Positions 26,703 to 35,100 of a stretch of 64,000 nt of DNA are shown one piece after another. Made by a program: the position numbers and the translations under genes. Below the pieces are notes generated by a model. The model saw nothing but the letters and a program-made list of their open reading frames with translations, was not told the DNA's origin and did not search any database. The number at the start of each line of letters is the position of its first letter. Position 1 is the first letter of the stretch. Origin of the DNA: an uncultured Desulfobacteraceae bacterium (GTDB taxonomy: Bacteria > Desulfobacterota > Desulfobacteria > Desulfobacterales > UBA2174); NCBI GenBank assembly GCA_937982505.1, contig CALJLV010000066.1, forward strand, positions 4,819 to 68,818, in the 5' to 3' direction.

Positions 26703-27322
26703 AAACGGCCCTCCTCCCGCTGCTGCTGGTGATCCTGGCCGAGGTGGCGGCTACGCCGCTGCTGCCCGAGGCCCCCGCGGGGCGCATGGCCGCCTTGGGC
26801 GGCCTGCGCATTCTGGAGGCCCTGGGGATGCTGCGCTGGGTCCACCGCTCCAGAGCCGGGCTGGCGGCCATCGGCCTCCAGCCCGGATCCATCGTCCCGG
26901 GGTTGAGGGTCGGCTCTCTGGGGGCGCTGATCTTCGGCCTGGCGGCATTTGGGAGCGGCTGGATCGCCCATTCCGTTTTCGGCCTCGAGGCAATGGCCCT
27001 CATCCGGGTCCACCTGCCGGCAGCGCCGGCCCTGGCAGGCATCTACTTCATGGTGGCGGGCGTGATCGGCCCCATCACCGAGGAGATCTTCTTTCGCGGG
27101 CTTCTCTACGGCGCGCTGCGGCGCTGGGGAACAGGCATCGCCGTGGGGGGTTCCACGGCCGTTTTTGTCCTGGCCCATGCGGGGCCCGGGTTTCCGCTGA
27201 CCCAGGCCATCGGGGGGCTCGTGTTTGCCCTGGCCCGGGAAAAGAGCCGCACCCTCACCGCCCCCATGACGATTCATGTCCTGGGGAACCTGGCGATCTA
27301 CGCGTTGTCACTGGCGGGCTGA
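26675..27322 (+). CDS. CPBP-family (CAAX-protease-like, Abi) intramembrane glutamic endopeptidase
   Basis: 215 aa and multi-TM. All three CPBP motifs are intact: ITEEIFFRG (EExxxR), FVLAHAG (FxxxH) and HVLGN (HxxxN). It overlaps the upstream gene by 28 nt. Confidence 0.8.
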   Translation: MEPTRILPLKTALLPLLLVILAEVAATPLLPEAPAGRMAALGGLRILEALGMLRWVHRSRAGLAAIGLQPGSIVPGLRVGSLGALIFGLAAFGSGWIAHSVFGLEAMALIRVHLPAAPALAGIYFMVAGVIGPITEEIFFRGLLYGALRRWGTGIAVGGSTAVFVLAHAGPGFPLTQAIGGLVFALAREKSRTLTAPMTIHVLGNLAIYALSLAG

Positions 27323-28846
27323 CCCGCCGGCAGCCCAAGGCACTCCCCCCAGGGGCTCAATCCCCTCTTCGCCTTCCTCCAGTCCCACGATGTATTTTTT
27401 GACGGTGCGCCGATCGAGGCTGGTGCGCCGGGCCACCTCCTCGAAGGTGCCGTGGCGTCGGTAAAGCAGTGTGCAGTAGCCGGCCACAAGGTCCTGGCTG
27501 GTGATGGTCCCCTGGGTGATGCCTTCGGCCAGGCGCCGCTCCAGATCGGCCGCCGGAGGCAGGTCCCCGGCATAGCTGGAGCGCAGCAGGACCCGCCGCA
27601 CGCACTGCTCCAGTTCGCGCACGTTTCCCGGCCAGGCATAGTCCAGGCCCAGTTCGCGCTCGGCCGTCTCGCGCACCAGCGCCGCCAGCTCCGGCGAAGG
27701 CCGGCTCAGCATCCGCTCCAGGGTGAAGGCGATCAGGTCGTCCAGTTCTCCGGGATCCTCGGCGACGCGCTGGCGCAGGGGAGGCACGGTGATGGTGTCC
27801 GAGCACAGGCGGTAATAAAAGTCGTCCCGGAACAGACCGCGATGGCGCAGTTCAGCCATGGGACGATTGGTGGCGGCGATCACCCGGCCCTGGAAGCGGC
27901 TCGGTTCGTGGCTCCCCACCGGCGTGAAGATCCTTTCCTGAAGGACCTGGAGCAGCTTGATCTGGATGTGGGCCGGCACCTCGCCGATTTCGTCCAGCAG
28001 GATGGCCCCGTTGGGACTGCAGCGGTCCAGGACCCCGCTGTAGTGTTTCACCGCGCCGGTGAAGGATCCCTTCTTGTGGCCGAACAGCTCGGATTCGATG
28101 AGGGTCTCGGGAAACTGGGAAAGATTGAGGGACACGAAGCTGCGGGTGAAGCTCTCCTCGAAGCAGCGCTTCTTCTCGTTGAAGGGGATGAACCCCGAGC
28201 GGCCGATGGCCATGGCGGCCGCCCCTTTGCCGGTGCCGGTCTCGCCCAGCAGGAGGGTGGAGAAATCCTCCATGCGGTTCCACAGGTAGCGGTCGTAGAC
28301 ATCCAGGTTGTGGGTGAAGACGTTTTCCCACAACTGGCGCCGCAGCCGCTGCATGGCCGGGCTGCGCCCCACCAGGTGGCGGAAGATGAAAAAATAGGCC
28401 CGCCGCAACTGATAGCTCAGGGCGAAGTAGCGGCGGGTGTCAGCCTCCGAAAAGCCGCGCCGGGCCATCAGACGATAGGCTTCGGGGGCAAAGGGGACCT
28501 TGGCGGGCGTCTCTCCGGCCTGGATCTGGTCGATGATCAACTGGTCGAATTTCTTGCGCAGTCCGTAAAAGAACTCGAAGAGAAAGGCCGCCCGCACCAG
28601 ACGCCGGTCCTCGCCTTCATAACGGCTTTCGTCGGCCCGGTTCTCGGCCTCCAGCACCGCGATGCGCCGCGCCACGGCCTCGGTGGCCGCGGCGGTGCGC
28701 TCGACCCGGGTGGCGTCGGGGTAGAGGCCGGCGATCTTCAGTTCGATCTCCTCGCGTTCCCGGCCGAAGGGATTGGCCACCCCGGCCTGGTAGACCAGCT
28801 GGAAAAAGTCGCGCTCCGCGCCGGTGAGTTTCGGCTGCCGTTCCAT
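27308..28846 (-). CDS. Sigma-54-dependent transcriptional activator (bacterial enhancer-binding protein) with an unrecognised N-terminal domain
   Basis: The AAA+ core has Walker A (GETGTGKG), a GAFTGA-type loop (GSFTGA) and Walker B (ILLDEIGE). The C-terminal HTH is FEEVARRTSLDRRTVKKYI. Start chosen at the ATG at 28846 (MERQPKLTG...). Confidence 0.85.
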   Translation of the reverse strand: MERQPKLTGAERDFFQLVYQAGVANPFGREREEIELKIAGLYPDATRVERTAAATEAVARRIAVLEAENRADESRYEGEDRRLVRAAFLFEFFYGLRKKFDQLIIDQIQAGETPAKVPFAPEAYRLMARRGFSEADTRRYFALSYQLRRAYFFIFRHLVGRSPAMQRLRRQLWENVFTHNLDVYDRYLWNRMEDFSTLLLGETGTGKGAAAMAIGRSGFIPFNEKKRCFEESFTRSFVSLNLSQFPETLIESELFGHKKGSFTGAVKHYSGVLDRCSPNGAILLDEIGEVPAHIQIKLLQVLQERIFTPVGSHEPSRFQGRVIAATNRPMAELRHRGLFRDDFYYRLCSDTITVPPLRQRVAEDPGELDDLIAFTLERMLSRPSPELAALVRETAERELGLDYAWPGNVRELEQCVRRVLLRSSYAGDLPPAADLERRLAEGITQGTITSQDLVAGYCTLLYRRHGTFEEVARRTSLDRRTVKKYIVGLEEGEEGIEPLGGVPWAAGGSARQ

Positions 28847-28971
28847 GCACCCGATGTAACCCAAGTGTGCATCCAATGTCCAATTCGATTTGGGCGGGGG
28901 TGGGTTGGGGTGGTGTCGCGGTAAAAATATTGTTCTTTGACGGCGATGGGTTGGAAGCGCTGAGGGGTAAC

Positions 28972-28986
28972 TGGCACAAAGGTTGA
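28972..28986 (+). promoter_or_regulatory. Sigma-54 (-24/-12) promoter candidate facing the megasynthase gene
   Basis: TGGCAC-aaagg-TTGA, against the consensus TGGCAC-N5-TTGC. That is one mismatch in the -12 element. It lies about 140 nt upstream of the ATG at 29129 and is divergent from the sigma-54 activator gene. Confidence 0.45.
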
Positions 28987-29006
28987 ATGGTTTTGGGCCG
29001 TTCATC

Positions 29007-29060
29007 GGTCCAATAGGTCCTATACGACTTATAGGTCTTATTGGTCGTATAAGACTTATA
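29007..29060. repeat. Six tandem 9-bp repeats (consensus GGTCYTATA) in an AT-rich island
   Basis: Read directly: GGTCCAATA GGTCCTATA CGACTTATA GGTCTTATT GGTCGTATA AGACTTATA. They lie between the sigma-54-like promoter and the megasynthase RBS. Confidence 0.7.
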
Positions 29061-29128
29061 AAAACCTCGATTTTTTGAAAACCCGGCAAAACCTCAACCC
29101 CATCGCCGCAACAGGAGCCGACACGCCC

Positions 29129-32100
29129 ATGTTCATACGCCTTATCCCCGCCAAGTTCCCGCTCATGGTTTACAACCCGCCGGCCGTGTCCGCCGTCGAT
29201 TACCTGTCCGCGGTGCACCGCGCCGGGGCCCTCCCGGTGCTGGACACCGAATTCCTCGATACGGCCAGCGTGTTGGCCGCCGTGGCCGAACTCTCGGGCC
29301 GGCGGGTCGTCTTCGGGATGCGGCTCATGGCCCACCAGCGGGATTTGCTGGCGCGGATGCGCCAAGCGTCACCCAAGGGGCTCGACACCGTCGTGCTGGC
29401 CTATCGCCGCCCCGAGGAGCTGAAGGATCTCGATCTGGCCGCATCGCCCTGGCACCGGTTGATCGAAGTGCGCGACCTGGAGCTGGAGACGCTGCTCCGC
29501 CCTCTTCACCCCCATGGCCTCGTGGTGCGCGGCCACGAAGCCCCGGGCCGGGTGGCAGCGGTGTCGAGCTTCATTCTGATGCAGGCCTACCTGGGGGCCG
29601 GCGGCTGGCCGGTGGTGGTCCATGGCGGGGTGGGGTGGTTTACCGCCGCCGGTCTGTTGGCCGCCGGGGCCAGCGGCCTGGTCCTGGACGACCAGCTCTA
29701 TCTTTGCACCGAGAGCCCCCTGGCGCCCGGCTTCAAGGCGCGCATGGCCCGCCTCGAGGAAAAGGACACCGTGATCGTGGACACCGGCAGCGAGGGGCCC
29801 TGCCGCGTCTTCGCCCAGCTCGGCACCCGGGTGGTCAAGGAGTTGAAAGCCATGGAAGCCGAAGCGGCCGAGAATCCCGAGGCCGCCGCCCGGCTGCAGG
29901 AGGCCTTGATCGCGCAAATCACCCCTCTGGACGACCCGGCCGCGGACCCGGCCCAGAGTCTTTTCCCCCTGGGGCAGGACGCCGTCCTGGCCAAATATTT
30001 CGCCGGCCGGGGCGAGGATCTGCAGCAGGTCATCGAGAACTTTCTGATCGATACCGGCGCCCGCCTGGCCGACATCGACGACCACGACCCCCTGGCGGCC
30101 GACAGCCCTCTGGCCCGCTGCCACGGCACGCGCTATCCCATCGTCCAGGGGCCCATGGCCAACGTGAGCGACAAGGGGGCCTTCGCCCGGGCCGTGCTGG
30201 AAGCCGGGGCCCTGCCGTTTTTGGCCATGGGGAGCCTGCCGCCCCACCTGTCCGAGGCCATGCTGGCCAACGAAACCGAGGGGCTGGCGCGTTTTGGCGC
30301 CGGGCTCATCGGCATCGAGGCCCTGAACCACGGCCTGCCGGAACACTTGGAACAGGTGCGCCGCCACCGGGTCCCCTTCGCCCTCATCGCCGGCGGCGTG
30401 CCGGCCCAGGTGCGGGCCCTGGAGGCCGACGGGATCGCCACCTACCTGCACACCCCGTCGCTAGCCATGCTGGAGAACGCCATCGCCGGCGGGTGTCGCC
30501 GTTTCGTTTTCGAAGGGGCCGAGGCCGGGGGGCACGTGGGACACCTGTCGAGCCTGGTGCTCTGGGAATTGGCCACGGCCCGCCTGTCCGCCCAGACGGA
30601 CGCGGTTCTGGCCGAGCAGACGCTGATCTTCGCCGGCGGCATCGGCACGGCCTTCGGGTCGCATTTCGTCTCCGGGCTGGCCAGCCACCTGTCCCGGCGG
30701 GGGGCCAAGATCGGCATCCAGGTGGGCAGCGCCTACCTGTTTACCGAGGAGATCGTGGCCACCGGCGCCATCACGGCCCTCTACCAGAAAGTAGTGTGCG
30801 ACGAGCGCTGCACCCTGGTGATGGGGCGCACGGTGGGGCTGGCGGCCCGCACCGTGCCCACGCCGTTTTCCCGGCGCATCGTGGCCGAGGAGTACCGCCG
30901 CCTGCGGGAAAAGATGCCCCTGACGGCTCGCAAGGAAGCCTTCGAGCGGGACAACATCGGGGCCCTGCTCATCGGGGCCAAGGCCTTCTGCCCCGATTTC
31001 GAGCGCCTCGGCAAGGCTGCCGGGGAGGCCTGCCTGACCTATTTCGAGGAAGAAGACCAGTACCAGCGGGGCAATTTCATGGTGGGCGAGGCCCTGGCCT
31101 TTGCCGCGGCCCCCTACGCCATCGCCGATCTTCACGCGCGGCTCATGGGAGGCAAGCAGGACCTCGCCGACCGGCTCAACCGGTTGGAGCTGGCCACGGC
31201 CCCCGACGGGCAGCTCAACGACGAGATCGCCGTGGTGGGCATGGGCTGCATCCTGCCCGAGGCCGCCGATCCCGGGTCCCTGTGGCGCCTGATCCTCGAT
31301 CGCCGGGGCGCCATCGGCCCCATGCCCGCCGAGCGCCTCGATCCCGACCTCTACCACGACCCCGACCGTTCGGCTCCCGACAAGTCCTACAGCCGCATCG
31401 CCGGGGTGGTGGACGATTTCGGCTTCGACGGCGACCGCTTCGGCTACACGCCGGAAAAGGCGGCTCGCCTGAGCCGCAGCCAGCAGATGGTGCTCCAGGC
31501 CGCCTACCAGGCCGTGGCCGATGCCGGCCTGCTGGATGCCGAGGACCACCTCTTTCAGGCGCTGAGGGCGCGCACCTCGGTGATCGTGGGCAGCTGCCTG
31601 GGCAACGAACTGAGCAGCGCTCTGCACCTCAAGTACGCCCTGCCGGAAATCCGCGCCCTGCTGGAACAGGTCGACGCTTTCCGGGACTTGTCGCCCGATG
31701 AGCGGCAGGCCCTGGTGGACGCCTTGCGCCAGGGGCTTTCCAACGGCAGCCCCTACGAGCCGGTGCACGGGGTGGCCCTCAACATGGAAGCGGCCCGCAT
31801 CGCCCATCACCTGGGCGCCACCGGCCGCTCCTATGCGGTGGACGCGGCCTGCGCCACCTCCCTGGCGGCCCTGGACTGCGGGGTCAAGGAGCTAGCCACC
31901 GGCCTGTGCGACCTGGCGGTGGTGGGCGGGGTCAACACCAACCTGGCCCCGGAATCCTTCGTGGGGTTTTGCAAGATGGGGGCCCTGTCGGCCACCGGTT
32001 CCTTCCCCTTCGACGAGCGGGCCGACGGTTTCGTCCTGGGTGAGGGAGCGGCGGTGGTGGTGCTCAAGCGCTTTCGCGACGCCCGGCGCGACGGGGACCG

Positions 32101-35100
32101 GATCTACGGCATCATCCGGGCCGTGGGCAGCGGCAGCGACGGCAAGGGCAAGGCCATTGCCGCGCCCAGTGCCAAGGGGCAGGCCATGACCCTCAAACGC
32201 TGCCTGGAGGGGGCCCGGCGGCCGGTGGACCCGGCCGATGTGGGCTTCATCGAGGCCCATGGCACCGGCACCCGCATGGGGGACCTGGTGGAGCTGGAAA
32301 CCCTCAAAAAGGTCTACGGCGGGGAGAAGCCCACCGGGATCAGTTCCATCAAGAGCCAGATCGGCCACCTTCTCGGCGGGGCCGGCATGGCCGGACTGAT
32401 CAAGGCCCTGCTGGCCCTGACCCATCGCACCCTGCCGCCCAACGGCGGTTTCCAACGGCTCGGAGCCAAGCACGACCTGTCCGGCAGCGGGCTGTTCATC
32501 GTGGCGGACGCGGCGCCCTGGGAGGCCCCCGACGGGAAGCCGCGCCTGGCGGCGGTGAGCGCCTACGGGTTCGGCGGGATCAACTATCATCTCGTGGTGG
32601 CCGAGGACAGCGCCGCCGCCCGGCCCCTGCCGCGACGGATCTTCGCCGATCCCGGCTTCGATCCGGATGAAGGGCGCATCGTGGTCTGCGGCCTCGGCAC
32701 GGTACTGCCGGGCGCCGCCGACGTGGACGGTTTCTGGCAAAGGCTTGGCCAGGGGGCGCCCCGGCTGCGGCCCATGCCGGCCGAACGCTTCGACAACCGG
32801 GCCTATGCCGCCGAGCCGGCCGACAGCCCCGCGCACATCCCCATGGTGTCGGCCGGCATCGTGGACGACTATCGCTTCGACCACGCCCGCTTCCGCATCC
32901 CGCCGGCGGCGGCCCGGTTCATCGACCGGGCCCAGCAGTTCGCCCTGGACGCCGCCGGCCAGGCCATTGCCGCCGCGGGGCTCGATCCCCGGCTGGAGAC
33001 GGGCAACCGGGTGGCGGTGATTCTCGGCACCCTGGCGGGTGAAAAGTACGTGGAGAACATCCTGCGCACCCGGATTCCGCTGCTCGAGCGGCTCATCCGC
33101 CAGGCCGACGGGGTCGATCCCCGGGCGGCCGCCGCCATCGCCGCGCAGCTGGCCGAGCGCATGCGCAGCCGGTACCTGCCCAACACCGAGGACACCATCC
33201 CCGGCCTGCTGTCCAACATCGTCAGCGCCCGGGCGAGCAAGCACTTCGGCTTAAACGGGGCCAATTTCACCGTGGACGCCTCCTGCGCCTCGGCCACCGT
33301 GGCGGTGGACCTGGCCATCCGGGGGCTGCAGACCGGCGACTACGAGGCGGCCATCGCCGGCGGGGTGGACTGCAACCTCCTGCCGGGCACGCTTTTGGCC
33401 TTCAAGCGCCTGGGGCTCATCAGCGACGGCGAATGCCGCATCTTCGACCACCAGGCCAAGGGGTACGTGATGAGCGAGGGGGCCGCGGTGCTGGTACTCG
33501 CCACCCTGGGCTACGCCCGGCGCCACGACCTGCCGGTGCTGGCCGAGATCTCGGCCATGGGCTTCGACGCCAGCGCCCCGGCCCATCTCCTCTCGCCGTC
33601 GCCGGAGGCTTACAGCGAGGCCATGCGGCGTTGCTACAACCAGGTGCCGGTGCTCCCGGCCGACGTGGCCCACCTGGACGTCTTCGGCGTGGCCAACCCC
33701 TTCTTCGATGCCCTCGAGGCCCATGCCGCGGCGCAGATCTTTCCCCGCCCGGTGGGCTTCGGCAACGTCAAGACCGAATTCGGCTACTTCAAGGCGGCCA
33801 ACCCGGCGGTGGTCCTGGCCAAACTGGCCCTCATGGCCAGCCGGCGCCGGCTCCTGCCCTTCTTCGGCCACCGGCCCGAGACCACCATCGTGGAAAAGGA
33901 CGCCGTCCTCGTGGCCCGGCGGCAAATCGAGGACATCCCTCCCGGCCGCCCCATCCACCTGGCCGCCAACGTCAACGGCATCGGCGGCAACCACGGCCAC
34001 GTGCTGGTTTCCACCCTGCCGGCCCACCTGGCGCCGGCGACCCAATCGGTAGCCCATCCACCGGATTCCGTCGCCGTCGGCGCCTGGCAGCCGGTGGAAA
34101 ACGGCCTGGCGATCCTGTTCTCCGGCCAGGGGGCCCAGTACCCGGGCATGATGGCGGACATCTACCGCGCTCGCCCCGAGGTGCGCGCCGCGATGGACCG
34201 GGGCGAGACGATCTTTGCCGCCCGCCGCGGCCGCTCGCTGCTGGAGATGATGTTCGATCCCCGGGGGGCCGAGGCGCTGAACCGCACCGAGACCACCCAG
34301 CCGGCGGTGTTTCTGGCCGGGGCGGCCCTCTGGGACCTGCTGGCCGCCCGGGGCCTGCGGCCGGATTATCTGGTGGGCCACAGCCTCGGGGAGATCACCG
34401 CCTTGTACGCCGCCGGGGCGCTGGCCTTCGAGGATGCCATGGCCCTGGTGATCGAGCGGGGACGGCTGATGCAGCTGGCCGCCGAACGCCACCCGGGAAA
34501 GATCATGGTGGTGTTCGAGGACGCCGCGCAGGTGGCGGAACGGATCCGGGCGGCCGGGGTGGCGGATGTCCGGGTGACCAACAAGAACAGCCGGCGCCAG
34601 ACGGCGGTCTGCGGGCCGAGGGAGGCCATGGAGGCTTTCGGCCGTTATCTGAAGACCCAGGGGGTGGTGGGCAAGGTCCTGCCCCTTTCCGGGGCCTTCC
34701 ATACCCCGCTGATGGCCGAGGCGGCCACGGGCCTGGAGCAGTTTCTGGCGGGGATCGCGCTGCGCCCCCAGGGGCTGGCGCGGGTGGTGGCCAACGCGAC
34801 CGGGACACCGTACCCCGAAGATCCGGCCGCGGCCAAGACCCTGCTGGTGCGCCAGATCGTCTCGCCGGTGGAATTCGTGGCGTCCGTCGAAGGCCTGCAC
34901 CGGGCCGGTTGCCGCGCCTTGGTGGAAGTCGGGCCGGGCCGCCTGCTGGCGAACCTGGTCAAGGACATCCCCCTGGAGGCGGTGGATTCCTGGCCGCTCA
35001 TCGACCCGAAGGCCGGCGCCGCGGCGAGCCTGGCGAAGGCCTTGGAGCGCCTGGCCAGGGAGGACCGCATCCGCCCCCTGCCCGCGGCCGCCGCGCCGGC

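Noticed and set aside
27311-27330. Small hairpin (CTGGCGGG-ctga-CCCGCCGG) at the 15-bp convergent overlap of the CPBP and sigma-54 activator genes, as a terminator
   Set aside because: The stem is short and has no U-tract on either strand. It may help 3'-end formation, but the evidence is too weak to call.
28847-29365. 173-aa N-terminal extension of the sigma-54 activator ORF, running through the intergenic region and into the synthase gene
   Set aside because: It would read through the AT-rich repeat array and the synthase start. The translation (ISLIRPIRPISRIGPIGP...) merely reflects the 9-bp repeats. The ATG at 28846 gives a sensible protein.
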